A stretch of 64,000 nucleotides of DNA from an uncultured bacterium. GTDB taxonomy: Bacteria > Bacillota_I > Bacilli_A > RFN20 > CAG-826. A program made the translations under genes and the position numbers. Where the stretch lies: positions 156,105-220,104 of the forward strand of contig CASFCL010000001.1 of NCBI GenBank assembly GCA_949293255.1, in the 5' to 3' direction. Below are positions 36,656-46,182 of the stretch, piece after piece. The notes beneath the pieces were generated by a model. It was not told where the DNA came from. It made no database searches and saw only the letters and a program-made list of their open reading frames with translations. Within the stretch, counting starts at the first letter, position 1, and each line of letters begins with the position of its first letter.

Positions 36656-38041
36656 ATGCCTGAATTACCAGAAGTTGAAACTGTAATTAATATCATTAAT
36701 CCTTTAATAAAAGGAAAAACTATCGATAAAATCGAGATTTTTTACGATAGATTAATTCAATCTGACATTAAAGAATTTATTCCTAATCTTTTAAATAAGA
36801 CATTTTTAAATGTCACTAGATATGGAAAATTTATCTTTTTACATTTAAATGATGACTTAGTAATTGTTACTCATTTAAGAATGGAAGGTAAATTTAGATA
36901 CCTTGAAAATAATGAAAATCCTAGAATAAAATCCACTAGTTTAATCTTCTATTTTAAAGATGGATCATGTTTATCTTTTGATGATACTAGAAAATTTGGA
37001 TTAATGTATTTATCAACTGAAAACGAATATAAAGAACTTCCAATGATTAAAAAATTAGGAATTGAAGCTAATAAAACTACTTTAGAAGATGTGCCTTTAA
37101 TTTATAAAAAGTTTCAAAAGAATAAAGTTATTAAAGAATTGCTTTTAGACCAATCAATTTTGTGCGGAATTGGTAATATTTATGCTGATGAAACTTTATA
37201 TATGTCTAAAATTCATCCTTTAACTAGAGGTAAAGATTTAACTATTGAAAATGTCGAATCTATCGTAAAAAATGCAAAAATTGTCCTTGATAAAGCTATT
37301 GAATTAGGAGGATCTACTATTCATTCATTCCATCCTAGTGAAGGGGTTGATGGTAGATTCCAAGAAGTTTTAACTTGCTATGGAAAAGAAGGCGAAGAAT
37401 GTCCTACTTGTAAAACTAAATTTCATAAGATTTTTATTGGAGGAAGAGGAACAACTTTTTGCCCAAATTGTCAAATTAATCCATATTTAAAAAAAGCAAT
37501 TGGAATTACTGGACCAATTGGAAGTGGAAAATCATCGGTTTTAAAATATTTTAAGAAATTAGGCTATTTAACCATTTCTTGTGATGAAGAAATTCATAAT
37601 TTATATCGTGAAAGTGCTATAAAAAATAAAATATCAAAGATTTTAAAATCACCTTTTGATATCGATAACAAAAAGTTAAAAGACCACTGCAAACTTTTAA
37701 TGATTGAAAATCCTTCTTTAAAAAAGCAAGTTGAAGACTATATTTACCCAATTTTAGAAAATAAATTGATTAGTTATATTGTAAATAATGAACTTGTTGC
37801 AATTGAAGTTCCTCTACTTTTTAAAGCTCATTATGAATATATGTTCAAAAAGATTTTTGTAATTAAAATCGATAAAAATAAGCAAATTGAAAACTTAAAA
37901 TCAAGAAATGATTTTGATCATGCAAATAGTTTAAAGCTTAATAACGACTACTCGTATAATGAAAAAAATCCCGATGTTATCAAGATATTTAATGATTCAA
38001 CTTTACAAAATTTGTATAAACAAATTGATGAGAATCTTTAA
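36656..38041 (+). CDS. mutM: Fused Fpg DNA glycosylase / dephospho-CoA kinase
   Basis: MPELPEVET, HLRMEG, GIGNIYADE and the zinc finger CPTC..CPNCQ, followed in frame by IGITGPIGSGKS..IEVPLLF (CoaE). Confidence 0.93.
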   Translation: MPELPEVETVINIINPLIKGKTIDKIEIFYDRLIQSDIKEFIPNLLNKTFLNVTRYGKFIFLHLNDDLVIVTHLRMEGKFRYLENNENPRIKSTSLIFYFKDGSCLSFDDTRKFGLMYLSTENEYKELPMIKKLGIEANKTTLEDVPLIYKKFQKNKVIKELLLDQSILCGIGNIYADETLYMSKIHPLTRGKDLTIENVESIVKNAKIVLDKAIELGGSTIHSFHPSEGVDGRFQEVLTCYGKEGEECPTCKTKFHKIFIGGRGTTFCPNCQINPYLKKAIGITGPIGSGKSSVLKYFKKLGYLTISCDEEIHNLYRESAIKNKISKILKSPFDIDNKKLKDHCKLLMIENPSLKKQVEDYIYPILENKLISYIVNNELVAIEVPLLFKAHYEYMFKKIFVIKIDKNKQIENLKSRNDFDHANSLKLNNDYSYNEKNPDVIKIFNDSTLQNLYKQIDENL

Positions 38042-38970
38042 TATAAACCAGCTTGTCCGCTTAAATTAATGAAACTATCTTTTTCATTCATCATTGATTC
38101 AATTAAACTTTTTACTTGTTTTCCTATTGGATCATATTTATCAAATTTATATAGATTTTGGATTTCATTTAAATCAAAATTTGAAGTAAACACTGTGAAT
38201 AATCTTTTGCTTGCTCTTTCTTTTAAAATTGGAATTAAAAAGGTATCACGTTGATATTTTGATTTAAATTCATCTCCAAAACTATCAATAACTAAGATGT
38301 CACAAGTTTTATAACTTTCAAATAATCTATCAAATTCAGCAATTGAATATTTATCTTTAGCAAATTTTAAATCTTGTAATTCTTTAAATCTTTCTGAAGA
38401 GTTTATAAAGCAAGCTGTGTTAACTTTTTTATTGATAACCATTGAATTTAAAAATGCAATTGATACATAACTTTTACCAGTTCTTGGACCACCATATAAG
38501 TAAGCCCAATTTATTTTTTTACGGTTAAATAATGCATAAACTTTCCTTAAATTATTCTTGCCTAAACTATCCAATTTTGTCAAACTTAAATCATTAAAAC
38601 TATCGTCAAAATCTTTAACAATATATGAATTTAAATATTCGATTTTTTGTTTAACTGGTTCTAAAACTTCATATTTTATTTCAACTAAATTTCCATTTTT
38701 ATAAAGTATCATTTTGTCAAAAATATTAAATTTTACACAATCTTCATAAGTTTTAATTTGCTTTATTAAATGATAATTTTCATAAAAATCATCGCATTTA
38801 GAAAGGTTTTTGAAAATTTCGTCGTTATTTAAGCCAAATTTTTCAACTAAAATTGAATAAACTTCATCATTTATAATCTTGTTATAAATTTCTTTACGAT
38901 ATTCATCTAATTCTTTTGATGAAACTCTTTTTAATAAATCTTCATTGTTATTTACATTAAATTTTTCCAT
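38038..38970 (-). CDS. dnaI: Primosomal helicase loader DnaI-like AAA+ ATPase
   Basis: YLYGGPRTGKS, ILVIDSFG, TVFTSNF; downstream of the DnaB-like gene. Confidence 0.85.
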   Translation of the reverse strand: MEKFNVNNNEDLLKRVSSKELDEYRKEIYNKIINDEVYSILVEKFGLNNDEIFKNLSKCDDFYENYHLIKQIKTYEDCVKFNIFDKMILYKNGNLVEIKYEVLEPVKQKIEYLNSYIVKDFDDSFNDLSLTKLDSLGKNNLRKVYALFNRKKINWAYLYGGPRTGKSYVSIAFLNSMVINKKVNTACFINSSERFKELQDLKFAKDKYSIAEFDRLFESYKTCDILVIDSFGDEFKSKYQRDTFLIPILKERASKRLFTVFTSNFDLNEIQNLYKFDKYDPIGKQVKSLIESMMNEKDSFINLSGQAGLY

Positions 38971-38971
38971 A

Positions 38972-40198
38972 TTAAATTAAGTCCTCAAAATCATCAAAAT
39001 ATTCATCATCGCTATCACTAGTTAAAGTTTTTATTTTTTCTTTTTCTACAGGTTTTGTTTCAGTCTTTTTAACTTCTTCTTTTTTATTTTTAACATTACC
39101 AAGATATAAATAATTATATGCTTTTAAAACATCATCAATATGTTCTCTAACCATACTTGCAGCTATTTTTTCAACCAAAGTGTTATTTAGTTTGCCGTCA
39201 TATTTCGTAATACAAAAATCTATTAAGACATTAACAACTCCATCACTAAAACCAAATTGATCTTTAATTCGATTCATTAATCCTAAATCTGAATTTATTG
39301 GAGCAATCCCGCCTTGAAGTTCTCTTAAAAAATCAAATATTGATGTATTTTGATATTTAAGAAGTTTATTAGCTAATTCAGTTTCGCTATTAATAGTGAT
39401 TTTTTTGTTATTCTTCTTTGCTGTTGATTTTGGAGTAAATACTAATTTGCTCATTCTTAATTGTTTTTCTAAATAAGTAAAATTAACTTTACCACCTTTT
39501 TTAATGGTTGAATCAGGTTCATATGCATTAGTTACAAGTTTTCCAAGTGTTTTTAAATCAACATTATATGTATTTGCAAGACTAAATATTTTATTTACTT
39601 CTTCATCGCTAAAATTTTCTCTAGTAAATGTCGATTTTGTTTTTAAATATCTAAAAAACTCGTTGCTATCGATATTTCCACGTACTTGATTTTTATTAAC
39701 TGTTACAAAACTACCCTTTTTAAACGTTGTATTTGATGGATCAAAATTAATTTGAAACGAATCGGTAATTGAAGCCGAAACATTTTTTAAGTTAGTTGTA
39801 TCAAATTTATTTGAATATTTATTAACTATACTTTGATAATAATCATCATTTACACGATTTTTAAATAATTCGAATAAAATTGTATCGTTAAAAAAGTCAC
39901 TAGGTGTTTTTACACCACATAAAGCAATTGTTATTTCACCACCATTTTCAAAAGTTTGAACGAGTTCAACTGATTCTAAAGTTCTTTTTGCTAAAATAAA
40001 ATCTTGTTCAGACATTCCAATGAAATATAAGAAATTAGAAACTTCTATTTCTTCGTTTACTGTCTCACTTAAATTTACCAAATTATCATATAAAAAAGCT
40101 GCTTTATAACCAATTAGAGGTAAATAAAGTTCACGTAGGAACGTAAATCCGTCTTTTAAAATTAAATCTTTTTTAACAATTAAAAACTTTTCAAACAT
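38972..40198 (-). CDS. dnaB: Replication initiation/membrane attachment protein DnaB (Firmicutes type)
   Basis: LYLPLIG..A..LY and GVVNVLIDF DnaB_2-like segment; paired with dnaI. Confidence 0.85.
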   Translation of the reverse strand: MFEKFLIVKKDLILKDGFTFLRELYLPLIGYKAAFLYDNLVNLSETVNEEIEVSNFLYFIGMSEQDFILAKRTLESVELVQTFENGGEITIALCGVKTPSDFFNDTILFELFKNRVNDDYYQSIVNKYSNKFDTTNLKNVSASITDSFQINFDPSNTTFKKGSFVTVNKNQVRGNIDSNEFFRYLKTKSTFTRENFSDEEVNKIFSLANTYNVDLKTLGKLVTNAYEPDSTIKKGGKVNFTYLEKQLRMSKLVFTPKSTAKKNNKKITINSETELANKLLKYQNTSIFDFLRELQGGIAPINSDLGLMNRIKDQFGFSDGVVNVLIDFCITKYDGKLNNTLVEKIAASMVREHIDDVLKAYNYLYLGNVKNKKEEVKKTETKPVEKEKIKTLTSDSDDEYFDDFEDLI

Positions 40199-40431
40199 TG
40201 TCTTTAAATTATATATGTTCTTGCCCTAATTTTTAAGAGCAAAAAAAAATAATATTTTTTGACTTTGTAAGGTTCTGCTATTAAGAATGCATAAATTCAA
40301 ATAAAATAATCACTTTTTCGCTCTTAAATTTTACACAATGATTATTTTTTACAATTTTCTATAACTTTTTATATAAGAATTGACACAAAATGTTATATAA
40401 TTTAAGGCGATATTTTTAGGAGATTTAATCT

Positions 40432-41391
40432 ATGATTAAAAAAATTGGTATATTGACTTCAGGTGGAGATGCTCCAGGCATGAACGATGCCTTATTTGGA
40501 GCCATTAGAACTGGATATAAACTTGGAAAAGAAATGTATGTAGTTTATGAAGGCTACAAAGGAATTTTAGAAAGAAATTTTGTAAAAGTTAGTCCAGATT
40601 TTGCAAACGAATATATTTCTCGTGGAGGTACTATCATCAAAAGTGCTAGATTCCCTGAATTTAAAGACGAAAGTGTTAGAAAAGAAGCTGTAAAGATTCT
40701 TAAAGAAGAAGGAATTGATGCCTTAATTGTTATCGGAGGAGATGGTTCTTATAAAGGTGCAAAATTATTAACCGGTTTAGGAATTAATTGTGTTGGTTTG
40801 CCAGGAACTATCGATAATGATATTGTCTCAACAGACTATACCATCGGATTTGATACATGTTTAAATACAGTTGTTGAAGCAATTGATAAAATCGATGAAA
40901 CAATGTCATCTCATAATAGATGTGGAGTTGTTGAAATTATGGGAAACCACTGCCCAGATTTAACTTTATATGCTGGTATTGCTACTGGTGCTGATATTGT
41001 TATAACAAAGGACAATACTTCGAATATTGACAAAGCAATCGCAACTTTAAAGAAACTTAAAGAAGAAAAAGCAGATCATGCAATGGTTTTAGTTGCTGAA
41101 AAACTTTTAGATGTAAATGCCTTAGTAAAAAGAATTTCAGAAGAAACTGGATGGGATACAAGAGCTACAGTTTTAGGACATATTCAAAGAGGCGGAACTC
41201 CTAGTGCTATGGAAAGAGTTAATGCAATTAGAATGGGCTCATATGCTGTAAGTTTACTTGATCAAGGTATTGGCGGAGTTTGTGTTGGTATCGTTGATAA
41301 TAAATTAGCATATCACGATATCGATGAAGCTTTAGAACTTCCAAGAAATAAACACTTAGATTTATATGAAATTCACGATTTAATTAAGTAG
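40432..41391 (+). CDS. pfkA: 6-phosphofructokinase
   Basis: LTSGGDAPGMN, GGDGS, PGTIDND, LGHIQRGG. Confidence 0.98.
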   Translation: MIKKIGILTSGGDAPGMNDALFGAIRTGYKLGKEMYVVYEGYKGILERNFVKVSPDFANEYISRGGTIIKSARFPEFKDESVRKEAVKILKEEGIDALIVIGGDGSYKGAKLLTGLGINCVGLPGTIDNDIVSTDYTIGFDTCLNTVVEAIDKIDETMSSHNRCGVVEIMGNHCPDLTLYAGIATGADIVITKDNTSNIDKAIATLKKLKEEKADHAMVLVAEKLLDVNALVKRISEETGWDTRATVLGHIQRGGTPSAMERVNAIRMGSYAVSLLDQGIGGVCVGIVDNKLAYHDIDEALELPRNKHLDLYEIHDLIK

Positions 41392-41400
41392 GTACAAGTT

Positions 41401-42864
41401 ATGCTAAAAGAAAATCACACTAAAAATACAAAAATTGTTTGTACAATTGGTCCAGCTAGCGATAAAGAAGATGTTTTAAGAGTTTTAATTGAAAACGGAA
41501 TGAACATCATGAGACTTAACTTCTCTCATGGTGATTATGAAGAACATCAAAAGAAACTTGATTTAGCTAGAAAACTTGAAGCTGAAGAAGGCGTCTATAT
41601 TCCAGTAATGCTTGATACAAAAGGTCCTGAAATCCGCTGCCATGATATGAAAGATGGTAAAATTGCTATTAAAAAAGGTCAAATTACCCGTATTTCAATG
41701 GAAAAAGTTTTAGGAACTCCTGAAAAAATCTCTGTTACATTTAAAGAATTATATGATGATATCAAAGTTGGTAATCACGTAAGAATCGATGATGGAAAAT
41801 TAGATTATTTAGTAATCGATAAAGATGAAGAAAATAGAGAAATCATCTGTGAAGCACAAAATGATCACGTTTTATCATCTAAAAAAGGTATCAACATTTT
41901 AGGTTGCCATTTATCAATGAAATTTATTTCTGATAAAGATGAAGCTGACTTAAAATGGGGATGTGAACATGGAATTGATATTGTCTCCGCTTCTTTTGTT
42001 AGAAATGCTCAAGATGTTACAGATTTAAGAGAATGCTTAAAGAAATATGGTAAACCAGATACCATGATCATCTCTAAAATTGAAAACTCAGAAGCAATGA
42101 ATAAATTAGACGAAATCATCGATGCTAGCGACGGAATTATGGTTGCTAGAGGTGATTTAGGTCTTGAAATTCCTGAAGAACAAGTTCCAATTGTTCAAAA
42201 AAGATTAATTAAAAGATGTAGAGAAAAAGGAAAACCAGTCATCACTGCTACTCAAATGTTAGATAGTATGTGTCATTCTCCAATTCCTACTAGAGCTGAA
42301 GTTAGTGACGTTGCTACTTCTATTGATGAATCAACAGATTGTGTCATGTTAAGTGCTGAATCAGCAAGTGGAGAATATCCAGATAAAGCAGTTTTAATGC
42401 AAACAAAAATTGCTAGAACAATGGAAAAGGAATTAGATTATGAAGCTCTTGCTAAGCAAGCTTATGATACATCTTTAAAAGATAATAACGACTCAATTGC
42501 TAACGCTATTGCTAATACTGCAAAATTAATTGATGCAAAATTAATTGTTTCATTTACTGAAACTGGTAGATCATCAAGAAGAATTTCAAAAGCAAGACCA
42601 TGCTGTCCAATTCTTTCAATTTCAAAAAATCTTAATACTGTTAGACAAAATGCATTATTCTGGGGAATTTATTCAAGTTATGTTCCAGTAAACAAAATGC
42701 CTGATTTTATCGAAGAAATGGAAGTTATTGCTATTGCAAAAGCTAAAAAATTCGGTCTTCAACCAGGTGAAACATTCTTAATGAGTGGCGGCACTCCTAC
42801 TGGAGCTGGAAAAACCAATTTCTTAAGAATTTTAACTCTTCCTCAAAATAGAGATATTTTATAA
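41401..42864 (+). CDS. pyk: Pyruvate kinase
   Basis: TKIVCTIGPAS, RLNFSHG, DTKGPEIR, MVARGDLG, TATQMLDSM. Confidence 0.99.
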   Translation: MLKENHTKNTKIVCTIGPASDKEDVLRVLIENGMNIMRLNFSHGDYEEHQKKLDLARKLEAEEGVYIPVMLDTKGPEIRCHDMKDGKIAIKKGQITRISMEKVLGTPEKISVTFKELYDDIKVGNHVRIDDGKLDYLVIDKDEENREIICEAQNDHVLSSKKGINILGCHLSMKFISDKDEADLKWGCEHGIDIVSASFVRNAQDVTDLRECLKKYGKPDTMIISKIENSEAMNKLDEIIDASDGIMVARGDLGLEIPEEQVPIVQKRLIKRCREKGKPVITATQMLDSMCHSPIPTRAEVSDVATSIDESTDCVMLSAESASGEYPDKAVLMQTKIARTMEKELDYEALAKQAYDTSLKDNNDSIANAIANTAKLIDAKLIVSFTETGRSSRRISKARPCCPILSISKNLNTVRQNALFWGIYSSYVPVNKMPDFIEEMEVIAIAKAKKFGLQPGETFLMSGGTPTGAGKTNFLRILTLPQNRDIL

Positions 42865-42974
42865 GAGTAAAAAAAGAATTTATTTAATTAAACTCTATAA
42901 ATTAATAAAATTTTTAAAGAAAAATAACTAAATTTATTGCTAAAATCATTTTAAAAGAATATGATTTTATTGCT

Positions 42975-43210
42975 AAGAAAAAGACACGTTAACTTGTAAC
43001 TTATTTATTAGAGAGTAAATCCTAGGCTGAAAGATTTATAAATAAAACAAGTTAATACCACTTTGGAGCATTTATGGTAACATAACGATTAAGCTATCGA
43101 TAAAGCTATAAATTAAGTGATAGATATATATTTAATTAATATATCTATAATTAAGGTGGTACCACGTAAACTATAAGCGTCCTTAAATAAATTTAGGGAC
43201 GCTTTTTATA
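42975..43210 (+). promoter_or_regulatory. T-box riboswitch, Thr specifier (ACC)
   Basis: AGAGA and GGCTGAA motifs, AAT-ACC-ACTTT specifier, AAGGTGGTACCACG, terminator AAGCGTCC..GGACGCTTTTT. Confidence 0.93.
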
Positions 43211-43232
43211 TTAAAAAATAGGGGGTTAGAAT

Positions 43233-45161
43233 ATGAACTTAACTTTATTAGATGGTAGTAAATTAGAAATAGAAAATGGAATGAATGGACATGACGTCGC
43301 AATGAAGATTTCTCCTTCACTTGCTAAAGCTTCACTTTGTTATAAACTTGATGGAGAAATTTTTGATTTATATAGTCCAATTGCAAAAGAGGGTAAATTT
43401 GAACTCATCACTTCAAAAAGTGAAGAAGCATTTTCAATTTTAAATCACTCCACTGCTCATTTAATGGCTGAAGCAATTCAAGAATTATTTGGTGATGTTG
43501 CTTTTGGTATCGGTCCTTCAATTGAAGAAGGTTTCTACTACGATTGTGATTTTAAAGATTACGTCTTAAAAGAAGAAGATTTAGCTAAAATTGAAGCAAA
43601 AATGAAAGAATTAGCGAAAAAGAATCAATATATTGTTAGAAAAGAACTTTCAAAAGATGAAGCAAGAGTAATCTTTAAAAACAATCCATATAAACTCGAA
43701 TTAATCGATGAAATCGAAGGAAATTTATCAGTTTATACTCAAGGAAATTACTCAGATTTATGCCATGGACCTCACGTTCCATCAACTGGATTTATCAAAT
43801 TCTTTAAACTTGATACCATTGCTGGAGCTTATTGGAGAGGTGATTCCAAAAATAAACAATTAACCAGAATTTATGGTGTTTCAACCTTCACAAAAGAAGA
43901 ATTAGAACACATTGAATATGTTAAAGAACAAGCTAAAAAGAGAGATCACCGTAAATTAGGTAAAGAACTTGGTTTGTTTATGATTTCTGAATTTGGACCT
44001 GGATTCCCATTCTATCTTCCTAATGGTTTAATGGTTAGAAGAAAACTTGAATCTTGGTGGTATGAAATTCATGATCAAAACAACTATCAATGTATTAAAA
44101 CCCCTATGATGCTTTCTAGAGAACTTTGGGAAACTTCTGGACACTGGGATCATTATAAAGCCAATATGTATACCACTAAAATTGATAACAAAGATTTTGC
44201 TATCAAACCAATGAACTGTCCAGGTGGAATTTTAGTTTATAATTCATCACTTCATTCATATAAAGACCTCCCATTAAGACTTGGTGAACTTGGTCTTGTC
44301 CACCGTCATGAAGCAAGTGGAGCTTTAAATGGATTATTTAGAGTTAGATGCTTCACTCAAGATGATGCTCATATTTTCTGTAGAAAAGACCAACTTCAAG
44401 ATGAAATTGAACATTTATTAAAGTTATATGATGAAATGTATTCAACTTTTGGTCTTGATTACTCAATCGTTTTATCTACAAAACCTGAATCAGACTACAT
44501 TGGAGATGATGCAATTTGGGAAGAAAGTGAAAGAATTTTAGCAGAAGCTTGTAAAACAACTGGAAAAGATTTCAAAATCAATCCAGGAGATGGAGCTTTC
44601 TATGGACCAAAACTCGACTTCAAACTTAAGGATTGTATGGGAAGAATTTGGCAATGTGGAACCATTCAACTTGATATGAATTTACCTGAAAGATTTGATT
44701 GTACTTATATCAATTCAAAAGGTGAAAAAGAAAGACCAATCATGCTTCATAGAGCAATCTTAGGAAGTTTTGAAAGATTCTTAGGTATCATTATTGAACA
44801 TTTTGCAGGTGCTTTCCCAATGTGGCTTGCACCACTTCAAATCAAAGTTCTTCCTGTTAATAATCAATATCATTTAGATTATGCTCATGAATTAGTTAAT
44901 AAACTTAAAGACTTAGGATTTAGAGTTGAGCTTGATGATAGCGAAGAAAAACTTGGTTATAGAATGAGAAATTCCATCACCAAAAAGATTCCTTATACCA
45001 TCGTTATCGGAGATAAAGAAAAAGAAAATAAAACACTCACTTATAGAAAATATGGTGATGAAAAACAAATCAATGTTTCGGTTGATGAATTTGTTGATAT
45101 GATTAAAAAAGAAGTTGCTTCAAAAGCACTTCTCGTTGATCCAAAAAACCTTAAATTATAA
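43233..45161 (+). CDS. thrS: Threonyl-tRNA synthetase
   Basis: HSTAHLMA, GAYWRG, RDHRKLG, KPMNCP, GAFYGPK, GSFERF. Confidence 0.99.
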   Translation: MNLTLLDGSKLEIENGMNGHDVAMKISPSLAKASLCYKLDGEIFDLYSPIAKEGKFELITSKSEEAFSILNHSTAHLMAEAIQELFGDVAFGIGPSIEEGFYYDCDFKDYVLKEEDLAKIEAKMKELAKKNQYIVRKELSKDEARVIFKNNPYKLELIDEIEGNLSVYTQGNYSDLCHGPHVPSTGFIKFFKLDTIAGAYWRGDSKNKQLTRIYGVSTFTKEELEHIEYVKEQAKKRDHRKLGKELGLFMISEFGPGFPFYLPNGLMVRRKLESWWYEIHDQNNYQCIKTPMMLSRELWETSGHWDHYKANMYTTKIDNKDFAIKPMNCPGGILVYNSSLHSYKDLPLRLGELGLVHRHEASGALNGLFRVRCFTQDDAHIFCRKDQLQDEIEHLLKLYDEMYSTFGLDYSIVLSTKPESDYIGDDAIWEESERILAEACKTTGKDFKINPGDGAFYGPKLDFKLKDCMGRIWQCGTIQLDMNLPERFDCTYINSKGEKERPIMLHRAILGSFERFLGIIIEHFAGAFPMWLAPLQIKVLPVNNQYHLDYAHELVNKLKDLGFRVELDDSEEKLGYRMRNSITKKIPYTIVIGDKEKENKTLTYRKYGDEKQINVSVDEFVDMIKKEVASKALLVDPKNLKL

Positions 45162-45201
45162 AAAAATATTTAGGTTTTGCAGGGATTTTAGGAAAAATAA
45201 T

Positions 45202-45231
45202 GGGATATTGAAGGTTTATTCAATATCCCTT
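45202..45231 (+). terminator. Hairpin/terminator after thrS
   Basis: GGGATATTGAA/TTCAATATCCC inverted repeat. Confidence 0.75.
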
Positions 45232-45279
45232 ATATTTAATTTTGCTTGTCAAAATTTAAAGACTATATATAATATTTTT

Positions 45280-45341
45280 CGTGTCCAACTAGTCACAAGG
45301 GATCGCAAAATTAAAAGGAACTCGTTTGAGTTCCTCTTTTT
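45280..45341 (+). ncRNA. Candidate ~60-nt small RNA (unassigned)
   Basis: TTGTCA-16bp-TATAAT (45246-45273) precedes a GC-richer tract with no useful ORF, ending in a hairpin plus T-run. Confidence 0.35.
45313..45341. terminator. Bidirectional terminator (gpmA / candidate sRNA)
   Basis: AGGAACTC/GAGTTCCT hairpin flanked by A- and T-runs. Confidence 0.85.
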
Positions 45342-45359
45342 ATTTTAATTTAATTTAAA

Positions 45360-46115
45360 TTATTTAGCTTTACCTTGATTTGCAACAGCATTCATAGCAG
45401 CAGCAATCTTTTCTTGGTCGCCTAAATATCTCTTACTTAAAACATTGAAATGTTCATCGAATTCATAAACAAGTGGGACACCTGTTGGGATGTTTAAGTT
45501 AATGATATCTGCATCAGAGATATTTTCAAGATATTTAACTAAAGCTCTAAGTGAGTTGCCATGAGCGGCAATAATTACTCTTTTACCACTAACAATTGCT
45601 GGTTTAATTTCACATTCCCAATATGGAAGAACTCTAGCAACTGTATCTTTTAAACATTCAGTAAGTGGGCAATCTTGAACCCCTACTTCTCTATATGTTG
45701 GTTGATTTGCTGGGTTTCTAGAATCACTTTCTTCTAAAGCTGGAGGTTGAACATCATAGCTTCTTCTCCAAATTTTAACTTGTTCATCACCATATTTTGC
45801 AGCTGTTTCTGCTTTATTTAAACCTTGAAGAGCACCGTAATGTCTTTCATTTAATCTCCATGATTTATGAACTGGGATAAATTCTTCACCCATTTCTCCT
45901 AAAACAAAGTTTAATGTGTGAATTGCTCTTTTTAAGTATGAAGTATAAGCAATATCGAAGCTAAATCCTTCTTCTTTTAATAATCTACCACCGTTTTTAG
46001 CTTCTTCAACGCCTTTTTCAGATAATTCTACATCGGTCCAACCTGTAAATAAGTTTAATTTATTCCATTCTGATTCACCGTGTCTAATTAATACTAATTG
46101 ATATTTCTTTGACAT
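45360..46115 (-). CDS. gpmA: 2,3-bisphosphoglycerate-dependent phosphoglycerate mutase
   Basis: [30 protein letters not shown]. Confidence 0.99.
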   Translation of the reverse strand: MSKKYQLVLIRHGESEWNKLNLFTGWTDVELSEKGVEEAKNGGRLLKEEGFSFDIAYTSYLKRAIHTLNFVLGEMGEEFIPVHKSWRLNERHYGALQGLNKAETAAKYGDEQVKIWRRSYDVQPPALEESDSRNPANQPTYREVGVQDCPLTECLKDTVARVLPYWECEIKPAIVSGKRVIIAAHGNSLRALVKYLENISDADIINLNIPTGVPLVYEFDEHFNVLSKRYLGDQEKIAAAMNAVANQGKAK

Positions 46116-46182
46116 AATAATCTCCTTTTTGACAATGAATATTTTAATATTTTTATAGCCTATTATAAAGTAAAATTACTAC

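Noticed and set aside
38038..38970. IstB-like ATPase suggesting an IS21 element
   Set aside because: It is paired with a DnaB-like gene, with no transposase or terminal repeats; it fits DnaI.
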